This document shows positions 53,539 to 64,000 of a stretch of DNA of 64,000 bases, piece by piece. The notes under the pieces were generated by a model. That model had not been told where the DNA came from. It searched no databases and worked only from the letters and a program-made list of their open reading frames with translations. The position numbers were made by a program, and so were the translations under genes. Position 1 is the stretch's first letter. Each line of letters starts with the position of its first letter. This DNA comes from Octopus vulgaris (taxonomy: Eukaryota), in NCBI GenBank assembly GCA_951406725.2, contig OX597840.1:5270001-5334000 (forward strand), in the 5' to 3' direction.

Positions 53539-53835
53539 TCGAAAAAGCTGTTCTTCACTCCTGCTCCAGAGCGTGGGCTGCGGGGTCACTCTGAAAAGCT
53601 CTATCTGCGACGATTTCATCTCAATCGAAGGAAAGGGGCTTTCTCCGTCCGGGTTGCGGATCCGTGGAATAAGCTGCCGGATGAGATAGTGAAGATGCCG
53701 ACGACCACTCGGTTCAAAGTCTCTCTTGACCACAAGTGGCCTGAACTCTTTACATGAACACCACCCTGTACATAACTCCACGTCACCCTACATGGCCTTG
53801 CTTTTTGCTTTTTGAGCCAAAAAATTAACTAACTA
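53536..53835 (+). mobile_element. CR1-clade LINE 3' fragment inserted in (CTA)n
   Basis: LFFTPAPERGLRGHSEKLYLRRFHLNRRKGAFSVRVADPWNKLPDEIVKMPTTTRFKVSLDHKW..* (stop 53755-57), tail (TAAC)n. Confidence 0.92.
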
Positions 53836-54051
53836 CTACTAGTTACCTGTGTGGGAAGAAGTTTTCTTTCCAACCTCATGGTTCTGGGTTCAGTCCCACT
53901 GCATGGCATCTTGGAGCAAAAATATCACCTTGGTTGGAAATGTGAGGGTTTGTGGCAGGAAAGGCATCCAACTGTTGAAAATCTGTCACAACCATCTCCA
54001 TCTAACCGATGCAAGCATAGATAAGTAGACAGTAAAATGATGATGATAAGG

Positions 54052-54178
54052 AGGGGTCTTGGCCCTGATTCTACCAGTCTCAGAAGCCTCATAAGGGATT
54101 TTGGCCCAGATCATACCAGGGTCAGAACCCCTATAAGGGGTCTTGGCACTGATCACTCCAGTCCCAAAGTCCCTGTAA
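54052..54178. repeat. Three diverged ~41-bp tandem units
   Basis: 'aggg(g/a)t(c/t)ttggc.c.gat' three times. Confidence 0.7.
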
Positions 54179-54251
54179 TATGCTCATGTCATTGATTGGT
54201 TTTTGTGACTAAGAAATGAAAAAAAGTATGAAACACTGGTGTTTTTCACAG

Positions 54252-54272
54252 GTTTATTTCAGGGACCAGCAA
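54252..54272 (+). CDS. Candidate 21-nt microexon; phase 2-2 reading (R)FISGTS(K/N)
   Basis: Acceptor gtttttcacag, donor AA|gtaagt, length divisible by 3, compatible with exon 37607-37693. Confidence 0.35.
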
Positions 54273-54439
54273 GTAAGTTGTCAATATGGATCCCTTAGAG
54301 TTTATGTGGTTATCAAAAGGATCAGTAAACAGCTGACATGAATTTAAACATTAAGGACACTGAATTATTAGCAAATTGTCTTTTTTTTTTCAACGTGAAT
54401 ATGATTCAATTTCAAAAGGTTCATCTCAAGTAAAAATAT

Positions 54440-55195
54440 AAATGCGCCCTTTTAAAGCCTAGCCAGGCTCATGGGCCCGGTTTCCTGGTTTCTGTGGTGT
54501 ATGTGTTCCCCAGCTGGACGGGATGCCAGTCCATCTCAGCGTTTTTGCATTTCAGCATTTTTGCCAGCTGAGTGGACTGGAGCAACGTGAAATGAAGTGT
54601 TTTGCTCAAGAACACAACACGTCGTTCAATCCAGGAATTGAAACCACAATCTTACAATCATGGTGCTGACACCCTAATCACTAAGCCATGTGCCTCCACA
54701 AATGCGCTCTTTTAAAGCCTAGGCAGGCTCATGGGTCTGGTTTCCCAGTTTCTATGGCGTATGTGTTCCCCAGCTGGATGGGACGCCATTCCATCGCAGC
54801 TTTACTCATTTTTGCCAGCTGAGTGGACTGGAGCAACGTGAAATGACGTGTTTTGCTCAAGAACACAACGCGTCGCCCTGTCCAGGAGTTGAAAACACAA
54901 TCTTACGATCATGGTGCTGACACCCTAATCACTAAGCCATGTACCTCCACAAATGTGCCCTTTTAATGCCTAGCCAGGCTCATGGGCCAGGTTTCCTGGT
55001 TTCTATGGCGTATGTGATCCCCAGCTCGACGGGACGTCAGTCCATCGCAGCGTTACTCATTTTTGCCAGCTGAGTGAACTGAGCAACGTGAAGTGTTTTG
55101 CTCAAGAACACAACGCATCTCCCAGTCCAGGAATCGAAACCACAATCTTATGATCATGGTGCTGACACCCTAATCACTAAGCCAAGCGCCTCCAC
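54440..55195 (-). mobile_element. Head-to-tail trimer of family E (V-domain-like) tRNA SINE within one ~20-bp TSD
   Basis: Units ~54440-54700, 54701-54950, 54951-55195; flanks gttcatctcaagtaaaaatat (54419-39) and gttcacctcaagtacaatat (55197-216). Confidence 0.9.
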
Positions 55196-55795
55196 TGTTC
55201 ACCTCAAGTACAATATGGAAATTGAAAATATTTTAGCATGTATCACATCATTGTTGTATGCCTCGTAAACATATAATCCAGTTGGTTGATTAGTGAGCCA
55301 GTTTGTGACAAGCGCACATTTGGCAAGAAGACATCATAATTCAGTTTTAATGAAAGAGAGAAACAGATTAAATATGGAAGTGCGCAGACATTTAAAGCTA
55401 AAATTTACTAATTTCCTGCCAAAATGTTGATGCAATAATAATTAGTATTCACCAAACACATATTTTGCATTAAATATTCTGACTATACTAATATAATATC
55501 ACTGAATTTTTATTGTTCTTTATCTGATTCGTTAATTATTAACATTAAATTTTGTTAAATATTTCTTATTAAAAAGTGATAATGATAAAAAAAATAAAGG
55601 AATTGTTAATTTTTGAATTAAGAAATTTATATTAATTATACTTCAGTTTTGTATTCAGTTTGCAAGATTCTGGATATGAATTTGTGTGTTGAAACAAATC
55701 TTGTAGTGTATTGGGAGGGTCATCACAACAATAATAATGACAACACACACATTGGTTCAATATTACTTCTTTATTGTTAGTCAATTTGTTAATTA

Positions 55796-55999
55796 TGAGT
55801 GGGTATTGAAAAGTTCTTGGCTTTAAGAGTATTGCAAAGACCTGGAGGTTCAACCATCTGAGTTCTTTTACAGGGTTTAGAAAAACTGAAGGACCACTGC
55901 AATAAGGGTGTAAATCTGAGAGGGGAAAATGTTGAATAAAATCATAACTGACCCTCCTGTATTTTTTTTATTCAAAACCAGGAAATTTTTAGCATCCTA
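55796..55999 (+). mobile_element. Mariner-derived MITE
   Basis: TIR-like 'tgaaaagttcttggcttt' / 'aaaaccaggaaatttttagca'; retains the transposase C-terminus (LEKLKDHCNKGVNLRGENVE*). Confidence 0.7.
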
Positions 56000-56222
56000 G
56001 GGTGGCAAGCTGGCAGAATCGTTAGCACGCCGGGTGAAATGCTTAGCGGTATTTCGTCTGCCGTTACATTCACAGTTCAAACTCCACTGAGGTCAACTTT
56101 GCCATTCATCCTTTCGGGGTCGATTAAATAAGTAACAGTTATGCACTGGGGTTGATGTAATCGACTTAATCTCTTTGTTCGTCCTTGTTTGTCCCCTCTA
56201 TGTTTAGCTCCTTGTGGGTAAT
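56000..56222 (+). mobile_element. Family C SINE
   Basis: 'gctggcagaatcgttagcacgccggg...tcatcctttcggggtcgat'. Confidence 0.88.
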
Positions 56223-56224
56223 AA

Positions 56225-56260
<36 letters not shown>

Positions 56261-56262
<2 letters not shown>

Positions 56263-56516
56263 CTGTTGTGTCTGGGGTGAGTCATTCTCTTTTAGTGCCT
56301 TATTATTTAACACACTCACTGGTAAAATTTCCACTTATTTCCTTCTTTATTTTTCTAACATTTTCGTTGCGTCTTGCAACCTTGACTATTGAAAAGGTTG
56401 CAAGATGCAATGAAAATTTTAGAAAATAAAAATAAGAAATAAGTGGAAATTTTACCAGTGAGTGTGTTAAATAATAAGGCACTAAAAGAGAATGACTCAC
56501 CCCAGACACAACAGAT
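56261..56516. repeat. Near-perfect palindrome (~123-bp arms, 10-nt loop) with a variant hammerhead-like motif at the apex (56386-56422, +)
   Basis: Arms 56261-56383 and 56394-56516; CTA-TTGAAAA-G-GTTGC-aagat-GCAAT-GAAA-AT-TT^-TAG. Confidence 0.9.
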
Positions 56517-56571
56517 TATGCTTCAACACATGAACTCATATAAAGAATCTTGCAAACCAAATCCAAAAACG

Positions 56572-56620
<49 letters not shown>

Positions 56621-56646
56621 TATACACATTTACAGAAATATACATC

Positions 56647-57089
56647 TGAGGAGGTTCTGAAAAGTTCCTGTCTTTAACCCTTTAGTGTTCACATTATTCT
56701 ACCAAAATTAGTGCTTTTTCATCCACATTGTTTTGAACTAATCATGCATTATCTTGTAGCTATGAAATTTTGATGAGGTAACTGTTAATTTTTAAAACGA
56801 TATTGTCGGGTTAGTGTGAGAGACCAGATCTGGCCAGTTTGAACATAAAATTGGCAGAATACTTTTGGCCGGATATGGCTGGTTTAAATGCTAAAGGGTT
56901 AAGGGTGTCACGAAAAGCATGGTTGGAGGCTCGACCTTCTGAATTCTTTCAAAGATCGTAGAAAAACTGAAGGACTGCTGGAATAAGTGTGTGAATCTGA
57001 GAGGGGAATATGTTGGGTAAAATCATAATTAACTGATCCTTTTCCATTTTCTTTTATCCAAAACCAGGAACCTTTCAGCACTCCATTCA
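56647..57089 (+). mobile_element. Mariner-derived MITE interrupted by a TTAA MITE
   Basis: Homologous to 55796-55999 once 56678-56902 is removed. Confidence 0.78.
56674..56902 (+). mobile_element. piggyBac-like MITE, family 1, intact
   Basis: TTAA|CCCTTTAG...CTAAAGGG|TTAA; the empty site is visible in the paralog at ~55825. Confidence 0.88.
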
Positions 57090-57384
57090 TGTCTAACAAT
57101 CAGTTGTTTGACTGACAAGGATTCGATTGTTTAACTAGCACATTAAGCAAATGACTGATTAGTTGGTTGGTTAAATAATTAACCAAATGACTAACAACAA
57201 GTGGAATTGAACCTGTGAATGTGTTATTATCATTGACATAATGACCTTCCCAAGACACAACAAGATATATTAATTATACATTTTAATTGCATTTTAGGAA
57301 TTTATATGATGGGGTGATCAATAAGCTATCAACAATTCTATGAGGGAGAGATCAATAATATAGGAAGTTTTCAGAAACCCTGGA

Positions 57385-57613
57385 TTAAACCTTTTGTTAC
57401 CATATTTCTGTTGAGATGCTCTGTGTTTCTTTCAATTAATTTTAAATATAATGAAAAATCTTGTAAAATAAATTAGTTATCATTCAGCTAGTGTTAGAAA
57501 CATTAATTGTGATGAAGGTTTAGTGGAAGATTTTAATTCAGAACTTATGAAAACAAAACATTTGTACTCAGAGCCAGAGCCGGTTTTGGCCAGGTTGGTA
57601 ACGAAAGGGTTAA
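57385..57613 (-). mobile_element. piggyBac-like MITE, family 2
   Basis: TTAA TSD, TIR (c)cctttt gttacc / ggtaacgaaaggg; inverted relative to the copies at 58207 and 58450. Confidence 0.85.
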
Positions 57614-58206
57614 GGTAATGAAAGCAGAAGGCTCTGCCCCTGTCTGATATGAGTCCCAGACTCAGCTGTTTGTATTTGCGCTTTAAGCCTCTATTGTTAA
57701 GTCTTGAGAGCCACAGACTGGACTGTGGAACATGTCCAGACTCTCACTATACTCCATACAATTGACCACAACAGTCAGGACTATACAGTATAGTCTTCAG
57801 CTAGTCCAGGGGTTGATAAGAACCCTTAGGGGTTTACATGACTGTCCGAGGGGTTGATATTTCAATTATATCAAGTATAATATCACTGAATTTTCACTGA
57901 CCTTTATCAATTTCATTAAGTATTTTCATTAAATTTCTTTAAATATTTTTTTTAATTAAGAAGCAGTAATGAAGCAAAAGAATGAAGAAATTATTATTTT
58001 TAAATCAAGAAATTCATATTAATTATATTTTTTAATTATATTCTAGAAATTTACTTGATGGGGGTCGGTAAGTTATTGATGTTTCCATGAAGGAAAGTTA
58101 TCAACGTTTGCAAACCCCTCGTTTAAGGTAATTAGAGCCTCAAGGCTCTTCCCCAACCTGATACAAGTCCCAGACTCAGCTGTTTGCATTTGAACTATAA
58201 GCTTCA

Positions 58207-58679
58207 TTAACCCTTTCATTTCCAACCCGGCTGAAACCGACTCTGGCTCTGTAGTACAACTGTCTTGTTTTCATTAGTTTTGAATTAAAATCTTCCACCA
58301 AAACTTAGTCACAATTTATGTTCCTAACACTAGCTTAATGATAACTAAGTTATTTTACAAAATTCTTTGTTATGTTTAAAATTAATTAAAAGAAACACAG
58401 AGCATCTGAACAGAAATATGGTAACAAAAGGGTTAACAAATGATTAAATCTAACCCTTTTGATACCAACCTGGCTGAAACCACCTCTGGCTCTGTAGTAC
58501 AAATGTCTTGTTTTCAAAAGTTTTGAATTAAAATCTTCCACCGAACCTTAGTCACAATTTATGTTCCTATCGCTAGCTTAATGATAACTAAGTTATTTTA
58601 CTAAATTCTTTGTTATGTTTAAAATTAGCTCAAAGACACACAGAGCATCTCAAAATAAATGCAGTAACAAAAGGGTTAA
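58207..58679 (+). mobile_element. Two adjacent piggyBac-like MITEs, family 2
   Basis: Copies 58207-58436 and 58450-58679, each (T/C)TAA-CCCTTT...AAAGGG-TTAA. Confidence 0.88.
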
Positions 58680-59036
58680 TCTTGGGAGCCACAGACTCGA
58701 CAGTGGACAGTGGAATGGAACATGTCTAGACAGTCAAACCATTCTCCAGATTATTGACCATAACATGTAGGACTGTACAATATAGTCTTCAGCTGGTCCA
58801 GAGTTTGGCAAAATGGTCAGCATGACTCCTAGGGGTTGATGTTGAGTTGACATTCCAATTATATCAAATATGTCATCACTGGACTTTCTTTGTTTTTTTT
58901 TATCAATTTCTTTAAGTATTTCTTATTTAAAAGCATTAATGAAGCAAACGATGGAAGGGAACACAACCACATACACACATACACATATATATGTACTTCC
59001 CCACACATATACATACACAAACATATATATATATAA

Positions 59037-59256
59037 AGGCGGCGAGCTGGTAGAAACGTTAGCACGCCGGGCGAAATTCGTAGCCGTATTTAGTCTGTCG
59101 TTGCGTTCCGAGTTCAAATGCCGCCGAGGTCGACTTTGCCTTTCATCCTTTCGGGGTCGATAAATTAAGTACCAGTTACGCACTGGGGTCGATGTAATCG
59201 ACTTGATCCCTTTGTCTGTCCCATCTGTGTTTAGCCCCTTGTGGGTAGTAAAGAAA
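59037..59256 (+). mobile_element. Family C SINE, full length
   Basis: 'aggcggcgagctggtagaaacgttagcacg...gtgggtagtaaagaaata'. Confidence 0.9.
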
Positions 59257-59407
59257 TATATATATATATATATATATATATGAATAAATAAATGGAGTTT
59301 AACGCAGGTGTAAATCAAATATTTTTACTTTCGACACATGTTTCGAAAATTCCACTGATACTATTAAAAAGAATAAATGGTATAAACAATGCTTATATAT
59401 ATATATA

Positions 59408-59660
59408 GTGGAGATGCGTGGGTTAGTGGTTAGGGTGTCAGCATCATGGTTGTAAGATTGTGGTTTCGATTCCTGGGCCAGGCACCATGTTGTGTTCTTG
59501 AGCAAAACACTTCATTTCACGTTGCTCCAGTCCACTCAGCTGGCAAAAATTAGTAATGCTGCGATGGACTGGCGTCCCATCCAGATGGGGAACACATACA
59601 CCATTGAAACCGGGAAACTGGGCCCATGAACCTGGCTAGGCTTTAAAAGGGCGCATTTAT
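59408..59660 (+). mobile_element. Family E SINE monomer (V-domain-like 'gcgatggactggcgtcccatccag')
   Basis: tRNA-like head with A/B boxes; homologous to the trimer units. Confidence 0.9.
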
Positions 59661-59682
59661 TATATATATATATATATACATA

Positions 59683-60138
59683 TCACCTTGATCACCTTCA
59701 CCGACCAGTCCGTCAGGCGTCCATTTGACACCGCTGGTTACAGCAAGCTGTCCACTTCTCTCTGGATTGCGCCTTTCTCATCCACGTGATCCCAATCGTC
59801 CTCCTGAAATCGTAACTCCACCGTCGTGGAGGTCTTCTGGGTGGTCTTTTCCGCTCACGCGGGTACCACTCGACATCTGCGTGCGTCCACCGATTATCGG
59901 TGAGCAAGTAAACTTGCTGCGATGACATCTCTCACGCTGGACTTCTTTCTGATGATCTCGCTACTGATGTGCTCTCTCAACAAGATACCAAGCATTGACC
60001 TTTCTTTGAGCCGTTACCAGTCTTTGCTCCTCTTTCTTTGTGGTAGCCCATGTTTCACTACCATATAACTTTGCAGGCAGAACTGTCCAACCTTCCCTTG
60101 AGCACATCGCTTATGCCATTAAACGCCTTCCATCCGGT

Positions 60139-60141
<3 letters not shown>
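59683..60141 (-). mobile_element. RTE-clade LINE 3' fragment (frameshifted)
   Basis: DNRWTHADVEWYPRERKRPPRRPPRRWSYDFRRTIGITWMRKAQSREKW, typical of an RTE ORF C-terminus; short tandem tail. Confidence 0.9.
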
Positions 60142-60178
<37 letters not shown>

Positions 60179-60708
60179 GTATATGTAAATATACACACAT
60201 ACAACTCACATAAACATGTTCAGATGTATGTATACAATTTTATTTTATATAAAACAAGCATATATAATATGTCCAGTGAAGGTGGGTGGCTTAGTGGTTA
60301 GGAGTATTCAACTCATGATCATAGAGTTGTGAGTTCTATTACTGGTGGTGCTTTGTGTTCTTGAGCTAGACACTATATTTCACATTGTTTGAGTCCACTC
60401 AGGCTGTTCTGTTGATTGGACCAACTGAAACCCTTGTCGTCATAATTCACAGAGTGCCAGTTGTAGCATTTCCAGTGAATATATATTGATGTTTTGGCAG
60501 CTGGAGATCAGGATTATGTGACTAGTTTTTGGCTTGCTTAAAACTCATCAGGGATCATTTATCTCAAAATATCCACTGCCTTGATTAAGAATATATAAGA
60601 TTAAAAAGTATCTATCTTTTTGTCTGATTGTCTGTCTCTCTCTTTCTATGTGTGTGTGTGTGGTATATACGTATATAGATAGAAAAATATATAACTATAT
60701 ATAAGGAC

Positions 60709-60781
<73 letters not shown>

Positions 60782-60925
60782 CATATATATGTATATGTAT
60801 GTATATCTGTATGCATATCTATCTATATAGATATGAATATATACATATATACATGCATACATATAAATATATATATATGTGTATATATATAGAGAGATAG
60901 ATAGATAGACAGACAGATATATATA

Positions 60926-60961
<36 letters not shown>

Positions 60962-62130
60962 CATACACACGTATCTAATTACACAAGTGTATATACACAG
61001 ACGTGTGTGCATATATCGTCCCAAGGAATGTTAACATCACTCAAGGGCATTGAGTGATTTCATGTTGAAAATTTTTATTAACAATCAGCTTCCCATTACT
61101 CTATTATTTCATACCATCCTTAAAATTGCATGCTATCGCCCGCCACGTTTTCATAACTTGACATTTTTCTCTCTCCTCCAACCCTGACTCTCCCTTCTTT
61201 ACCCTCCAAGAATCAGTTAATCTGTTAAACAGTAATTGTGGTGGTGGTGGTGGTGGTGGTGGTGATGGCAGTAGTGTTTTCATTAAGTAATGAGGTGATG
61301 GTGGCAGTGACAGTGGTGGTGGTAGGAATGATCTCGATGTTGTAGTAGCGCTTTGGTGTCATAGCCATGGGCTGCCTATTAGCACCTGCCTTTTACAAAT
61401 TGTTATATGTTCAGCTTCTCTAAATAACCTAGCATACATGTCAAATGTTTTGCCGTTAAGTCAGCGATATTTTTCCTAATTGCTGATAGTGATCACTGCA
61501 GCTGCCAACGGCCATTGCTACAGTGCAGCCATGGTGGTGCTGGTGGTGGTTTTAGTTGTGGTGGCTGTGGTGCTTCTGGTAGTTGTCGTGGTGGCATTGC
61601 TCATGTGGTTGTATTGGCGTCAGTGGTGGTGTTGGTCATGGTAGTAACGGTGGTGATGAATGTGGCTTTCTGTGCTTGCAGTTTATATGTCATAGTTCTC
61701 TTGATTGGTTAGTTGTTTGTGTCAATAACAATTATACATACATATATATACATATATATATATACATATATATACATATATATATACATATACATATATA
61801 TATATATATACACAAACACAAGCACTCGTATACATACATATATATACATGCATGTATATATATATATATATATGCACATACACACACACAAACACACACA
61901 TACACACACACACGCACACACATATACATGCTAAAATACATTCATAAATATAAATATTCAAATGTATATACTCATATATACACTTATATGCATCTATGTA
62001 TATATATATCAACATCATCATTATCATTCAATGTCCATTTTTCATGCTCGCATGGGTTTCACACATACACACACACACATGTATATAAGTGTATATATCG
62101 TGTATATATGCATAAATATGTATATATACA

Positions 62131-62462
62131 TGTAAAAGCACGTGGCTTAGTGGTTAGGACTTTTGGCTCATGATTGGAAGGTTGTGAGTTCGATTCCCAT
62201 ATTGGCGATCTGTTGTTCCTTAAGCAAGACACTTTCTTTCACGTTGCTCCATTCCACTCAGCTGGCATGAATGAGTAGTACCTGTAATTTCAAACGGCAA
62301 GCTTTGTCACACTCTGTGTCACGCTGAATCTCCCTGAATCATGCTGAATTACAGGTACATGTGTCTGTGGAGTACTCAGCCACTTGCATATTAATTTTAC
62401 GAGGAAGCTGTACCACTGATCGTATCAGTGGGACCATAATTGTTGTAACCGACAGAATGCTC
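62131..62462 (+). mobile_element. SINE with E/F-type head and the 3' body of the family D copy at 8080
   Basis: 'ttcacgttgctcca.tccactcagctggc' then 'ctctgtgtcacgctgaat...tcagccactt..a..ttaatttt?acgag'; a degenerate relative lies at ~60277-60465. Confidence 0.75.
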
Positions 62463-62465
62463 CTA

Positions 62466-62828
62466 TCATCATCATCATCATCATCATCATCATCGTTTAA
62501 CGTCCGCTTTCCATGGACGGTTCAACTAGGGTCTGGGGAGCCAGTAGGCTGCGCCAGGCCCAGTCTGATCTGGCAATGTTTCTACAGCTGGATGCACTTC
62601 CTAACGCCAACCACTCCGTGAGTGTAGTGGGTGCTTTTTACATGCCACCTGCACAGGTGCCAGACGAGGCTGGCAACGGCCACGATCGGGTGGTGCATTT
62701 TACGTGCCACCGGCACGGAGGCCAGTCGGGGTGGCACTGGTAACGGCCACATTCGGATGGTTCTCTTACATGCCACCGGCACTGGTATCACATCTACAAT
62801 TTCCAATGATGTTGATCGATTTCAATTT

Positions 62829-62830
<2 letters not shown>
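62466..62830 (-). mobile_element. Family B retroposon
   Basis: (CAT)n tail and subrepeats. Confidence 0.86.
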
Positions 62831-62883
<53 letters not shown>

Positions 62884-62887
62884 ACAT

Positions 62888-63245
62888 ATACATGGTTCCA
62901 GGTGTCAGGCACACTGTGTGGAACCTTGGGCAAGTGTCTTCTACTATAGCCTTGGGCCAACCAAAACCTTGTGAGTGGATTTGGTAGATGGAAACTGAAA
63001 GAAGCCTGTCGTATTATATGCATGTGTGTGTGTGTATATTTTTGTGTGTCTGTGTTTGTTCCTCACCATCACTTGACAACTGATGTTGGTGTGTTTATGT
63101 CCCTGTAAATTAGTGGTTTGGCAAAAGAGATCGATAGAATAAATACTAGGCTTACGAGGAATAAGTCCTGGGGGCAATTTGTTTGAGTAAAGGCGGCACT
63201 CCAGCATGGCCACAGTCATGACTGAAACAAGTAAAAGAATAAAGG
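62888..63245 (+). mobile_element. Family A SINE, 5'-clipped
   Basis: Matches consensus. Confidence 0.88.
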
Positions 63246-63318
63246 AATATATATAATGGAAATGTACTTGCATGGCAAGTGACCTGATCTGAGATCGTGT
63301 GCTAAAGCAAAAACAATT

Positions 63319-63473
63319 GCAGCATGGAATGTGTTTAAGCCATTTAAAAACACACAAAAACCCATTAGATTCACTTCAACATTTAATATTTTGGCAAATT
63401 AAATTTAAATGTTGAAGTGAATCTAATGGTTTTTGTGTGTTTTTAAATGGCTTATAAACACCTTCTACGCTGC
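63319..63473. repeat. Inverted repeat (~68-bp arms, 18-nt loop) in a (TA)n-flanked insert
   Basis: aagccatttaaaaacacacaaaaacccattagattcacttcaacatttaa / ttaaatgttgaagtgaatctaatggtttttgtgtgtttttaaatggctt. Confidence 0.93.
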
Positions 63474-63478
63474 TATAT

Positions 63479-63520
<42 letters not shown>

Positions 63521-63523
63521 TTT

Positions 63524-63735
63524 AGGCATAGGAGTGGCTGTGTGGTAAGTAGCTTGCTTACGAACCTCATGGTTACGGGTTCAGTCCCACTGTGTGGCAC
63601 TTTGTGCAAGTGTCTTCTACTATAGTCTCATGCCGACCAAAGCATTGTGAATGGATTTGGTAGACGGAAACTGAAAGAAGCTCGGCGTATATATCTATAT
63701 CTATATCTATATATATATGTATGTGTATGTTTCTG

Positions 63736-63784
<49 letters not shown>

Positions 63785-63980
63785 TTTTGTGTCTGTGTTT
63801 GTCCACCTAACATCGCTTGACACCCAATACTGGTGTGTTTACATGCCATAACTTAGCAGCTTGGCAAAAGAGACCGATAGAATAAATACTAGGCTTACAA
63901 AGAACAAGTCCTGGGGGTTGATTTGCTTGACTAAAAGTGGTGCTCTAGCATGTCCAAACAAGTAAAAGAGAGAAAAAGAG
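63524..63980 (+). mobile_element. Family A SINE, full length
   Basis: Matches consensus. Confidence 0.9.
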
Positions 63981-64000
63981 TATATGTATATATATATATA

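Overview
This is AT-rich, repeat-saturated animal genomic DNA. The SINE, LINE and microsatellite complement is what I recognise as cephalopod (Octopus-like), which is recognition rather than a database result. Almost all ORF-track entries are artefacts of microsatellites and SINEs. Real content has four parts. (1) Probable short exons of a + strand gene at 5499-5558, 37607-37693 and possibly a 21-nt microexon at 54252-54272. All are phase 2-2 and join in frame. (2) Two - strand exons (~52400-52712 and 41578-41735) that splice in frame, suggesting an antisense gene nested in a large intron. (3) Dozens of tRNA-derived SINEs from several families, 3' fragments of R4/Dong-, CR1-, RTE- and Tx1-like LINEs, mariner and TTAA (piggyBac-like) MITEs, a Helitron-like element and a 138-bp satellite. 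(4) The most striking signal: about eight type-I hammerhead-ribozyme-like motifs from several unrelated (TA)n-associated repeat families, probably Penelope-like pLTR remnants. Most have palindromic stem III, some have greatly expanded stem II or variant cores, and the same class of elements produces five long fold-back inverted repeats.
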